DNA of 32,462 nucleotides from a virus (IMGVR_UViG_3300022744_000075:1-32462), one strand, 5' to 3'; numbered from the stretch's first letter, positions 1 through 8,068 are shown. Notes: generated from the sequence alone by a model not told the origin. A program made the numbers and translations.

Positions 1-61
1 GCGTGTTCAGGTGCGACCGCAAGACGGTCGTTTCGGCGCTGGGCAGGATGGGGGCGATGGA

Positions 62-919
62 ATGAATGGCCTGCCGTACTACAAGGCGTATCCGCGCGAT
101 TTTTTCGAAGGGACGGTCGGATTTTCGTTCGAACTCAAGGCGGCGTACCGGCTCGTCCTTGACCTGATCTATCAGCACGGCGGGGCCCTTCCGGACGACG
201 CGCGTCACATCGCCGGGCAACTCGGATGCAGCGTTCGGGCGTGGAATTCGTACAAGGCGGCGCTGATCGATGCCGGGAAGATTTCGGCTGATCTTGGAAT
301 TATCTCCAACTTTCGCGCAGATAAAGAGTTGGAAAGTTTGGGATCATTCCGAGAAAAACAGCGCCAAAACGCATCGAAGCCACGCAAAAACAAAGGCTTA
401 ACCGCAGCCGTGGCTTTGCCAAAAGGCAGCCATACAGATACAGATACAGATAAAGCAGCAGCAGTAAGTAAAGAAGGGGCTGCTGCTGCTGCTTTTCTTC
501 CATATTTCGGGGAGTGGAAACGGCGCGTGATCGATGCGATTTCAGCGATAACCGGGACCGCATTCGAAGGGTCGGACGACGCGGAAATTGACGTGTGGAT
601 GGCGGCTGGAGTGTCTATGGACCAGTGCATCACGATTGCCGGGAAGGTTGCCCGCCGGGAAGTTGCCAAGGACGGCGCGTGGCGTCCGAACTCGCTGGCG
701 TACTTCACCCCGGCAATCATGGAACACGCCCGTCACAAGGATCGTGTCCGCGCAGAACCGGCATCACCCGCTGAAGCCGACATTGGCGTCTTGCAGTTTT
801 GGGCTGACATGGTGAAGGGAGACGCCCCGATCCATGGCGGGGTGTCTCCGAAGATGCAAAAGGCGCTGCTGGACGCAGGTCTGGTCACGCCGCAGCGCAT
901 GAAGGAACGCTGCGGATGA
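62..919 (+). CDS. DUF1376/YdaU family phage replication initiator
   Basis: N-terminus LPYYKAYPRDFFEGT...AYRLVLDLIYQHGGALPDD is typical of DUF1376; central HTDTDTDK low-complexity linker; ATG at 62 preferred over GTG at 11. Confidence 0.8.
   Translation: MNGLPYYKAYPRDFFEGTVGFSFELKAAYRLVLDLIYQHGGALPDDARHIAGQLGCSVRAWNSYKAALIDAGKISADLGIISNFRADKELESLGSFREKQRQNASKPRKNKGLTAAVALPKGSHTDTDTDKAAAVSKEGAAAAAFLPYFGEWKRRVIDAISAITGTAFEGSDDAEIDVWMAAGVSMDQCITIAGKVARREVAKDGAWRPNSLAYFTPAIMEHARHKDRVRAEPASPAEADIGVLQFWADMVKGDAPIHGGVSPKMQKALLDAGLVTPQRMKERCG
431..495. repeat. ATACAG-type 6-bp tandem repeat plus 13-bp inverted repeat inside the initiator gene (candidate origin)
   Basis: catacagatacagatacagata at 431-452; AAAGCAGCAGCAG (452-464) and CTGCTGCTGCTTT (483-495) are reverse complements; locally AT-rich. 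Confidence 0.5.
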
Positions 920-924
920 TCGGA

Positions 925-1416
925 TCAGTCAACCGGACCCTCCCACCACGCCTTGCGGCGATCCCGGCGGCGGTAACCATCGCGGCCCGTGACGGTGTGC
1001 GGTTCGCGGTTCGGTTCGTGATCCTCGTACTGGTCGTCTTCGAACATGTCGCGGGCAGGAACCGCGCTGCGCTGCGGACGATACCGGCGGCGCTGTTCCG
1101 CCTCCATCGCCGCCCAAACTTTCAAATATGCGTCGTGCCGCTGCTTGTCTCTAACGCTGCCCTTGAAGTTGGAGGCGCTGATGTTCCGCACCCGGTTCAG
1201 GATCGCGGCTGCCACTTCCTCGCGGTCGATCATCGCGCGGAAAAGGTAATCCCGGCCCGGGGTTTTGGAGACCTTGGCGTTCGGGAAGACCGCCTCGATG
1301 TCACCGGCAATGCGCGCCCTTACCAACAGGGTTTTGCTAATCGGGCCAGAAGACCCATCGTAAGCACCTTTCGGGTCAACAATCGAAAGGAAGCTGTCTG
1401 CCATCATGATCCACAT
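925..1416 (-). CDS. Conserved hypothetical phage protein
   Basis: MWIMMADSFLSIV...LLVRAR...TPGRDYLFRA...NFKGSV...AYLKVW pattern resembles a widespread phage family; GGAGA RBS before ATG 1416. Confidence 0.7.
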   Translation of the reverse strand: MWIMMADSFLSIVDPKGAYDGSSGPISKTLLVRARIAGDIEAVFPNAKVSKTPGRDYLFRAMIDREEVAAAILNRVRNISASNFKGSVRDKQRHDAYLKVWAAMEAEQRRRYRPQRSAVPARDMFEDDQYEDHEPNREPHTVTGRDGYRRRDRRKAWWEGPVD

Positions 1417-1417
1417 T

Positions 1418-1900
1418 TTATTTTCTCCAAGTCCGTCCGGTTTTGATGTGTGAAACCGCACCCTTTGTTACTCCATGGGCTGCCGCGATGACTCTGTGCG
1501 GGCGCTGGTCAAGGCGGATGGCATCGACCTGCTGATGCGTCAGCTTTCCGATACGCCCTTTCCTGTGCGCGTCGTCTAGGTTTTCCGCCTGTGATCCAGC
1601 GCGCAGGTGGCCCGGATTGCAGCATGGTCGGTTGTCGCAAGAGTGTAGAACCACCCCACCATGCGAGCCTTCGGCGTCTGGGATCGGCCCGTTTGAAACC
1701 ACGTAAGCGGCCCGATGGGTCAGCCAGTGTTCCCCGCAAAAGTCGAATACCCCATATCCGTGGGTGCCAATCGCGCCACTCCACGGCCAGCAGGCGTCCT
1801 CGTCACCTCGATCAACGCGCCCGAAAATTGCACACCGAAGGGAACAGAATTTCTCCCGTCCTTTCGGCTTGAAAGTGTTAAGGCAGGTCGGGCAATACAT
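1418..1900 (-). CDS. HNH endonuclease with C-terminal HTH (homing-endonuclease-like)
   Basis: CWPWSG...GYG...THRAAY...VLHSCDNRPCCNPGHL...EN; N-terminal CxxC...CxxxC; C-terminal KLT...IAAAHGVTKGAVSHIKTGRTW. Confidence 0.9.
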   Translation of the reverse strand: MYCPTCLNTFKPKGREKFCSLRCAIFGRVDRGDEDACWPWSGAIGTHGYGVFDFCGEHWLTHRAAYVVSNGPIPDAEGSHGGVVLHSCDNRPCCNPGHLRAGSQAENLDDAHRKGRIGKLTHQQVDAIRLDQRPHRVIAAAHGVTKGAVSHIKTGRTWRK

Positions 1901-1953
1901 GCTGCTGGCTCCACTTGAATAGTGTGTTTCAAGGGGTAATCGAAGCCAGCAGC
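1901..1953 (-). promoter_or_regulatory. Hairpin sequestering the HNH ribosome-binding site
   Basis: 10-bp perfect inverted repeat (1901-1910 / 1944-1953) plus inner 6-bp stem (1914-1919 / 1928-1933), overlapping the GGAG and abutting the ATG. Confidence 0.55.
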
Positions 1954-1964
1954 TAAGTCCAGTC

Positions 1965-3164
1965 TTAAACCTTGACCTTGTCCAGCAATTCGCCCGCGAT
2001 CCGTTCCATCGCAAGGCGGCTTTCTTGGAAAGGTTCGTACCGGGCGCGGGCGGTGATGGCCTGCGCGTGGTCCCACACGCTGACCGGCGGCTGGCCTTCT
2101 TCAGCCACGGCGGTGGCGATCAGTTCCTTCGCCTGCTTCAGCGAGAAGCCCAGCTTGGCCAGAAATTCCAGCCGATCTTCGTCCGTGGTCGAAACCACCG
2201 CGCCCTTGGCCTTGGCAACCCCGTCGATCAGCTTGGACGTGGCGCTTTGCGCGAAGGTTTCAAGGGCCGGGGCGGCGTCGCTGGCGAAGCGTTCCGGTGC
2301 CCCGGCGGTGTGGCGGAAGGTCACTTCGTTGAAGCCCTCGACCCCCCAAAGGTTCCGGTTCTGGCAGACCCCGCGCAGGTACATCGTGGCCACGCCGAAG
2401 GTCTTGTCGCCGACCTCGCTGTTCCAGACGTAGAAGCCCCGGAACATCAGATCGGGCGCTCCGCTGGCCAGCTTGCCGACTTCGATGGGGTTCATGTCAT
2501 CGACCAGAAAGAGGAAAATGTCACGGTCGCTGGCGTAGAGCGTGGTGTTCTGCTTCGTGATATCGACCTGCGGATTGTAGGAAACCCCGTGGGAGGACGT
2601 CCAGTCGATGGTGCCCGGAACCTTCCAGTGCGTGTCGCCCGTTCCGTTCCCGGCAATCTTCATCACGGCATCCACCACGTCCCGGTCATAGATGCGCCCG
2701 TAGCGCGGCCCGGTGATCCCGCGCAGCAGCGTGGCCTGAAAAGGCATCGGGGCCCCGACGTCCGGGTCGTAGGCGGGCGGCGCGGGCTGCCGGAAGTAGA
2801 TGGCCTGTTCCTTCTGCTCGTTCGCGCGCAGGCCGTAGTTCAGGTTCAGCGCGGCGAGGGCCGGGTCGATGCGGCGGGCATAGTTCGCCGGAACCCGGGC
2901 GATTTCGGCAAGCTGGTCGAATGCGTAGTGCGAGACTTCCATCGCCTTGCCGTCCGCTTCCAGCACCATGCCGGTCTTGCCGACACCATGCATGGTCAGT
3001 TGCCCGGGCTTGAACACTTGGGCGGTGCTTTCTTCGGCCCAGCGCGCGACTTGGCCGCGCATGTCGGAGAGGCTCAGAAACCGCTGATCATCCGGGCGCT
3101 GCGCCCATTGCTCGGACACGGTCGAAACCAGTTGTCCCTTGGTGACGTCAATCTGGTGGGTCAT
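1965..3164 (-). CDS. DUF932 family protein
   Basis: VSEQWAQRPDDQRFLSL, YGRIYD, TTLYASDRDIFLFLVD, FRGFYVWNSEVG, YLRGVCQNRNLWG motifs of alphaproteobacterial DUF932 proteins. Confidence 0.85.
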   Translation of the reverse strand: MTHQIDVTKGQLVSTVSEQWAQRPDDQRFLSLSDMRGQVARWAEESTAQVFKPGQLTMHGVGKTGMVLEADGKAMEVSHYAFDQLAEIARVPANYARRIDPALAALNLNYGLRANEQKEQAIYFRQPAPPAYDPDVGAPMPFQATLLRGITGPRYGRIYDRDVVDAVMKIAGNGTGDTHWKVPGTIDWTSSHGVSYNPQVDITKQNTTLYASDRDIFLFLVDDMNPIEVGKLASGAPDLMFRGFYVWNSEVGDKTFGVATMYLRGVCQNRNLWGVEGFNEVTFRHTAGAPERFASDAAPALETFAQSATSKLIDGVAKAKGAVVSTTDEDRLEFLAKLGFSLKQAKELIATAVAEEGQPPVSVWDHAQAITARARYEPFQESRLAMERIAGELLDKVKV

Positions 3165-3188
3165 TTTGTGGCTCCTATCGGCTTGGCT

Positions 3189-3242
3189 GGCTCGTCAGTG
3201 GTCGAGTACCGCTCGACCAGACCCCCTTGCGGGGGTTTCGCC
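3189..3242 (-). ncRNA. Type II hammerhead ribozyme
   Basis: Minus strand reads GGC GAAA CCCCC GCAA GGGGG UC UGGUCGAG CGGUA CUCGACCA CUGACGA GCC: complete core (GAAA, GUC, CUGANGA), closed stems III and I, open stem II. Confidence 0.9.
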
Positions 3243-3243
3243 T

Positions 3244-3483
3244 TCACGCGCCGCTTGTCTGGTCCAGCGGGGCAACCTTGGCCTTCCGGATGCCGTCGAT
3301 GATGTCCGTCATCATCATCGGGAAGTTTGCCATCAGGAAGTGCATCAGGGCTTCGATTTCCAGAGGGCCAAGCGCGACCGACATGTTGGCGTGGTGGTTT
3401 GCGCCCAGCCAGATTTGAACGAGGTAAGGGTCAATCCCAACGTAAGCCCCGTCTCCAAGGTGAGTTGTTTTCAGTGTGTGCAT
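3244..3483 (-). CDS. Hypothetical protein (79 aa)
   Basis: AAGGAG RBS, first gene behind a sigma70-like promoter; HLGDGAYV motif. Confidence 0.7.
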   Translation of the reverse strand: MHTLKTTHLGDGAYVGIDPYLVQIWLGANHHANMSVALGPLEIEALMHFLMANFPMMMTDIIDGIRKAKVAPLDQTSGA

Positions 3484-3522
3484 GGTGTGGCTCCTTGCCC
3501 GGGTTCATCCCGCGACACAGGT

Positions 3523-3551
3523 AACTTAGGATTTTCTTAAACGCATTGCAA
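3523..3551 (-). promoter_or_regulatory. Sigma70-like promoter of the DUF932 operon
   Basis: TTGCAA-17 nt-TAAGTT on minus strand. Confidence 0.55.
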
Positions 3552-3560
3552 GTTGAAACC

Positions 3561-3573
3561 GCCCAAAATGGGC
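3561..3573. promoter_or_regulatory. Palindromic operator copy 1 (GCCCAAAATGGGC)
   Basis: Same palindrome recurs at 8046, 15764 and 16456, always at promoter-like sequences. Confidence 0.65.
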
Positions 3574-3746
3574 GGAAAGTGCGTTATGGCTTGCATTGCC
3601 CTCGGTGTTCCCTTAGCTTGGCGATGTGGCTGGCTTCTCGCCCGCAGCCTCCGCTGCGGAACATTGGGCGGCACCTTTTGGCATCAACGCCGAAAGCGCG
3701 GGAGGGCGGATGGCTCCGGCCCTCCCGCTTCACATTTGGGGGGAAC

Positions 3747-4985
3747 ATGCCGCTTCGTCTCGAATACCGACCGATTGATGCCCTCGTTCCATACGCCCGC
3801 AACTCCCGAACGCATTCGAAAGAGCAGATCGCGCAGATCGCTGGGTCGATCCGCGAGTTTGGATTTACCAATCCCGTGCTGATTGACGACGATGGTGGGA
3901 TCATCGCCGGGCATGGCCGCGTTTTGGCGGCCCGCCAGATCGGCCTGACAGAGGTTCCGACCATCACCCTATCAGGGCTGACGGAGGCGCAGAAGCGGGC
4001 CTATGTGATCGCCGACAACCGGATCGCGCTGAACGCAGGCTGGGACGAGGAAATGCTTCGTGTCGAGATTTCCGATCTGGCCGACATGGACTTCGACCTC
4101 TCGCTGCTGGGGTTCGGCGAAGCGGAACTGACCGCGATGCTTTCGCCCGGCACCGAGGGAAACACCGATCCCGATGATGTTCCGCCGCCGCCCGCAGAAC
4201 CTGCCACGCTGTTGGGCGAGTTGTGGCAGCTTGGCCATCACCGCATCATCTGCGGCGACGCCACGGAGGCGGCCTGTGTGGCCCGCCTGTTGGGCCCGGT
4301 GAGGCCCGACCTCATGGTCACCGATCCTCCCTACGGAGTGGAGTACGACCCCGCGTGGCGCAACCAGACCGGGGCATCTAAAACCAAGCGCACCGGCAAG
4401 GTGCTGAACGACGACCGCGCCGATTGGCGTGAGGCATGGGCGCTGTTTCCCGGCGATGTGGCCTATGTCTGGCACGGGGCCCTGCATGCCGCGACCGTGG
4501 CGGAAAGCCTGACCGTCGCTGGCTTCGCCATCCGATCCCAAATCATTTGGGCCAAGGACCGTCTGGTTCTCAGTCGAGGGGACTACCACTGGCAGCATGA
4601 ACCCTGCTGGTATGCTGTGCGCGCCAAGGGCAAGGGCCATTGGGCTGGCGACCGAAAGCAGACGACCCTATGGACCATCGCCAACAAGGATCAGGATGCT
4701 GATACGGTCCATGGCACCCAAAAGCCCGTCGAGTGCATGAAGCGCCCCATCGAAAACAACTCGTCGCCGGGGCAGGCGGTCTATGAACCGTTCTCTGGGT
4801 CAGGAACCACGATCATCGCTGGCGAAATCACCGGGCGGCATGTTTATGCCGTTGAGTTGAACCCGGCTTATGTGGACGTGGCAATCATGCGCTGGCAGGC
4901 GTTCACCGGCCTGCAGGCGACGCTCGACGGTGATGGGCGCACCTATGACGAAGTGAGGGCGGAACGGTGCAAACCCGTCGCATGA
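3747..4985 (+). CDS. ParB-N-fused N6/N4 DNA methyltransferase (beta class)
   Basis: N-terminal PYARNSRTHS...GFTNPVLID...IIAGHGRVLAA (ParB-like); catalytic TDPPY; HGTQKP; SAM-binding EPFSGSGTT. Confidence 0.92.
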   Translation: MPLRLEYRPIDALVPYARNSRTHSKEQIAQIAGSIREFGFTNPVLIDDDGGIIAGHGRVLAARQIGLTEVPTITLSGLTEAQKRAYVIADNRIALNAGWDEEMLRVEISDLADMDFDLSLLGFGEAELTAMLSPGTEGNTDPDDVPPPPAEPATLLGELWQLGHHRIICGDATEAACVARLLGPVRPDLMVTDPPYGVEYDPAWRNQTGASKTKRTGKVLNDDRADWREAWALFPGDVAYVWHGALHAATVAESLTVAGFAIRSQIIWAKDRLVLSRGDYHWQHEPCWYAVRAKGKGHWAGDRKQTTLWTIANKDQDADTVHGTQKPVECMKRPIENNSSPGQAVYEPFSGSGTTIIAGEITGRHVYAVELNPAYVDVAIMRWQAFTGLQATLDGDGRTYDEVRAERCKPVA

Positions 4986-5302
4986 GCATGGTTGAGGCAG
5001 CGGTATCAACCGCCATCGGTTACGTGGTCGCTGCTGTGACGACCTATCTGGTCTTGCCGATGTTCGGCGTCGCGGTGCATGCTGGTCAGGCTGGCGGGAT
5101 TGCCGCAGTGTTCACCTTGGTGTCGCTGGTGCGCGGGTACGCGATCCGGCGACTGTTCAACTGGATGGGGGCTCGCAATGGGCGAACTGACGTGGATGAA
5201 GGTGGCCCGCTCGTTCTACGGAATGCGCGAAATCCCGGGGGCCAAGCACAACCCGGACGTGGTGCGTCTGTTCGGTCTAGCCGGGCACCCGGAAATTCAT
5301 GA
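4967..5302 (+). CDS. Small two-TM membrane protein commonly found next to phage methyltransferases; possible holin
   Basis: MQTRRMSMVEA...IGYVVA...VLPMFG...FTLVSLVRGYAIRRLFN; two hydrophobic segments; C-terminal tail overlaps the next gene. Confidence 0.65.
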   Translation: MQTRRMSMVEAAVSTAIGYVVAAVTTYLVLPMFGVAVHAGQAGGIAAVFTLVSLVRGYAIRRLFNWMGARNGRTDVDEGGPLVLRNARNPGGQAQPGRGASVRSSRAPGNS

Positions 5303-5678
5303 CGACGAAACCGCGTGGTGCGCGGCCTATGTCGGTGGCGTCCTGCATCTTGCGGGGATGGAGGGGACTGGCTCTCTGTCGGCGCGGTCTTACGAGCAGT
5401 GGGGCCAGCCGCTGGATCACCCGATGTATGGTTGCGTCGGTGTGAAAAAGCGCACCGGCGGGGCAGCTTGGCAAGGGCACGTCGGATTTGTGGTCGGGGC
5501 CAGCGACAGCGAAATCTTCCTGCTCGGCGGGAACCAGTCCAACATGGTGAGCGTGGCCGGGTTTGATCGCCGCGAGTTCACGGCGCTCCGCTATCCGCCC
5601 GGCGTTGATTTTCCGAAGGAACCGCGCCCACTACCGATGACGATCATGGGCGCGGCGGTGGCGGTGTCGGAGGGCTAG
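5178..5678 (+). CDS. TIGR02594 family NlpC/P60-like peptidoglycan hydrolase (putative endolysin)
   Basis: W..AR...G.REIPG..HNP, DDETAWCAAYV (catalytic Cys), ARSY..WG, GHVGF (His), LGGNQ. Confidence 0.88.
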   Translation: MGELTWMKVARSFYGMREIPGAKHNPDVVRLFGLAGHPEIHDDETAWCAAYVGGVLHLAGMEGTGSLSARSYEQWGQPLDHPMYGCVGVKKRTGGAAWQGHVGFVVGASDSEIFLLGGNQSNMVSVAGFDRREFTALRYPPGVDFPKEPRPLPMTIMGAAVAVSEG

Positions 5679-5971
5679 TTCTTCGTCTTGCCCTTCGCTT
5701 CCTTCAAGGCGTTCGCTTCGGCGATCTGCTTCGCGTAGGACAGCAGTTCATGCCCGGCCTTTTCCAGCACGATGGCCTCATGGCCTTCCTTGGCTATATC
5801 GCACAGGAAAGCCGTCACCCCGGAAAGAACCGCCGCGATGGCGGTTGCTCCGTCCGGGGCCCGCGTCCCGATCACACGCAGCAAGGTGGCGACATGGATA
5901 CCAAGGCTGATCACGGCCTTGGTCTGTTCGTCGCTGGCTTCCGCCATTTCGCTTCTGACGACCGTAACCAT
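5675..5971 (-). CDS. Hypothetical helical protein (array member 5)
   Basis: Translationally coupled with the upstream gene (TGATG); stop overlaps the convergent endolysin stop. Confidence 0.65.
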   Translation of the reverse strand: MVTVVRSEMAEASDEQTKAVISLGIHVATLLRVIGTRAPDGATAIAAVLSGVTAFLCDIAKEGHEAIVLEKAGHELLSYAKQIAEANALKEAKGKTKN

Positions 5972-6357
5972 CAGTGGACCCCCTTCTTCGACTTGACTGC
6001 GCTGGCTGCATTTTCCATGGCTTCTTTGACCATGTCAGCGAACTCCGCCGGGACGTTTTCCGGCGGCGGCCCATCCGGATCGACGGCGTAAACATTGGTT
6101 TCGATTTCCGTCATCATGCGGAGCAGGTCTTTCATCAAGAGAATGATTGCCGCACCCATATCGACGTCTTTGGCCATGCCAGCGGTGTAGGCCAGCACCC
6201 CCATCAGCATGGCGCGGCGGGCATCGGCAGGCTTTCCGCCAGTATCCCTGATGTGGGCGCTGATGGCTCGGTCGATGGCATTGGCGATTTCCGTCGCCGC
6301 AGCGGCTTCGTTCGGCGCATCCGCCGAAAGCAGCTTGAACCGTTCGCGTGTCTGCAT
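5971..6357 (-). CDS. Hypothetical helical protein (array member 4)
   Basis: AGGAGA RBS; part of a tightly packed operon. Confidence 0.7.
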   Translation of the reverse strand: MQTRERFKLLSADAPNEAAAATEIANAIDRAISAHIRDTGGKPADARRAMLMGVLAYTAGMAKDVDMGAAIILLMKDLLRMMTEIETNVYAVDPDGPPPENVPAEFADMVKEAMENAASAVKSKKGVH

Positions 6358-6366
6358 GTCAGTCTC

Positions 6367-6636
6367 CTAGTGTTTGGTGGTTTCGGGGGCGGCATCATCG
6401 TCGCCCTCGATCAGCATGTTCATGCATGCGCGCATGTCGGTGAGGACCGCGTCGCGCGCAGTGGTCTTGTCCGGGCTATTGGTCAGCGCCATAGCCATTG
6501 CGGCCAAGGACGTGATCATGGCTTGGATCACATCCACCGGCGCGAGCCCCATCGCCTTCCCGGTTTTGGTCGCGGTCTGCGCGATGCCGGTGGACAGCGT
6601 GTAGATCAGGTCGTTCTTCCGATCATTTCCCGGCAT
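6367..6636 (-). CDS. Hypothetical helical protein (array member 3)
   Basis: GGAGA RBS before ATG 6636 (MPGNDRK). Confidence 0.65.
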   Translation of the reverse strand: MPGNDRKNDLIYTLSTGIAQTATKTGKAMGLAPVDVIQAMITSLAAMAMALTNSPDKTTARDAVLTDMRACMNMLIEGDDDAAPETTKH

Positions 6637-6922
6637 CGGGCTTCTCCCCATCATCAGCGCCATGCAGAACGCCCGCATTGGCGCGGGTAATCAGCGTGTC
6701 GCACTTCTCGCCAAACGCCTCCCGGGCAAGGTTCAGGTTCCGGATCAGCGTCAGGGTGGGCTGATCCCCCGTGGCCTGCACCACCACCGCGACTGCCGCC
6801 GCCATCAGCAGGTCCACGGCCATGCCAACGTCATCGACGCCTGCCGCCTTCAGCCGGTTCATCAGAAAATCGACCGTCGCGGCTGCCGCATCCTCGTAGA
6901 TGATCTGCTCGTCACTGGTCAT
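6623..6922 (-). CDS. Hypothetical helical protein (array member 2)
   Basis: GAGG RBS; short overlaps with both neighbours. Confidence 0.65.
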   Translation of the reverse strand: MTSDEQIIYEDAAAATVDFLMNRLKAAGVDDVGMAVDLLMAAAVAVVVQATGDQPTLTLIRNLNLAREAFGEKCDTLITRANAGVLHGADDGEKPDAGK

Positions 6923-7283
6923 GATCGGCCTCGCCCGTTTCGGAGGGGTCTTTCAACGCCTCCGTGAGCATCGACATGATTTGATCTGCGGCGTCTTTGG
7001 GGGAAAGAACAGCCATCGCCGCCTGCGCGCAGTTCCGGGCCATCATTCGCGGAAGTTCCGCAAAGATTTCGAGTTCATGGCCATCCTTGGTGTGCGACCC
7101 TGCGTAGGCGCAGGCGAACACCAGCAGCGCGTCGATGGTTTCGGCAATCGAAATGCCGTGCTTGCGGCCAAGTTCCTGCACGATGGGAAGCAGGGCTTCG
7201 GTAAATGCATGCTGCGCATCCCGGTCAAAGTCCGCTTCCCTCGTCGGGTTCGGCTTTCGGGATGCTTCGGTGTCGGTGGTCAT
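6912..7283 (-). CDS. Hypothetical helical protein (array member 1)
   Basis: ATGA overlap with upstream gene. Confidence 0.7.
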   Translation of the reverse strand: MTTDTEASRKPNPTREADFDRDAQHAFTEALLPIVQELGRKHGISIAETIDALLVFACAYAGSHTKDGHELEIFAELPRMMARNCAQAAMAVLSPKDAADQIMSMLTEALKDPSETGEADHDQ

Positions 7284-7801
7284 TTCTCAGTTCCTTCCGT
7301 TTGGGGTTCAGTGGTTGCGTCGGTTTTCGCGGCCTTCGCCGCCCGCACCTTCGCCATGCGGTCCCTCATCGCCTTCGCCTTGGCCGCAGCGGCATCGTCT
7401 GCCTCGGCTTCGGCCCCGGTCTTGCCGCCCAAGGGCGGGGCAACCGTGTCCAGCCAGACCACCAGCGCATCGCGGAAGGCTCGCAGGATTTTCGCATAGG
7501 TGTTTGTCCCACCGATCATGCTGGCTTCCAGCCCTTCGCGGTTCCGTTCGATGGCCAAGTCGCGCAGCTTGTTCGCATGCGCTTGGCTGTGCCGGTTCGA
7601 ACTCGGGAACTCGACCGGCCCGGGAAACGCCCCGGCCTTCGCCTGTTCCATCAGTTTCCGGGCCAGCGACGCCCGTTCCTTCGGTGCTTTGGTGGCCGCA
7701 ACCCCCTGCGCCGTGCCCCGCTGCAAGATCGCCGCAGCAAGTTCATCACTCATGCCGTAGCCCAGCGACGGGCTCTGCGGCTGGCTGTAATCGTGGGTCA
7801 T
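7280..7801 (-). CDS. Hypothetical protein with a helical module resembling repeats of the 1327-aa effector
   Basis: AAGGA RBS, ATGA overlap; FPGPVEF...KLRDLAIERNREGLEA...NTYAKILRAFRDAL. Confidence 0.7.
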   Translation of the reverse strand: MTHDYSQPQSPSLGYGMSDELAAAILQRGTAQGVAATKAPKERASLARKLMEQAKAGAFPGPVEFPSSNRHSQAHANKLRDLAIERNREGLEASMIGGTNTYAKILRAFRDALVVWLDTVAPPLGGKTGAEAEADDAAAAKAKAMRDRMAKVRAAKAAKTDATTEPQTEGTEK

Positions 7802-8013
7802 TTCCTTTTCCCCTTCGTGTTGCGCGCACTGTCCTGTTCCCAAGCCTCATGCGCCGCGATCACCCCAAGCGCGAGGCTTGCCAGCATCCAGAGAAACTGG
7901 CAGAGTTCGCGGATCGAGGCCCGGTCAATCAGGCAGCCGATCACGATGCTCCCAATCACGGTGGCGCAAAGGGAAACCCCAAGCGCAAGGCCGGTGTAGC
8001 GGATGAGTGTCAT
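7798..8013 (-). CDS. Small two-TM membrane protein
   Basis: AAGGAG RBS; two hydrophobic stretches; first gene behind promoter. Confidence 0.65.
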   Translation of the reverse strand: MTLIRYTGLALGVSLCATVIGSIVIGCLIDRASIRELCQFLWMLASLALGVIAAHEAWEQDSARNTKGKRK

Positions 8014-8039
8014 GGGTGGCTCCTTGGTCCGACACAGGC

Positions 8040-8068
8040 AACATGGCCCATAATGGGCGACTTTGCAA
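8040..8068 (-). promoter_or_regulatory. Sigma70-like promoter with operator copy 2 (GCCCATAATGGGC, 8046-8058) in the spacer
   Basis: TTGCAA-17 nt-CATGTT on minus strand. Confidence 0.6.

Noticed and set aside
3220-3240. GC hairpin as a simple terminator
   Set aside because: Better explained as stem III of the hammerhead; no U-tract on the coding strand
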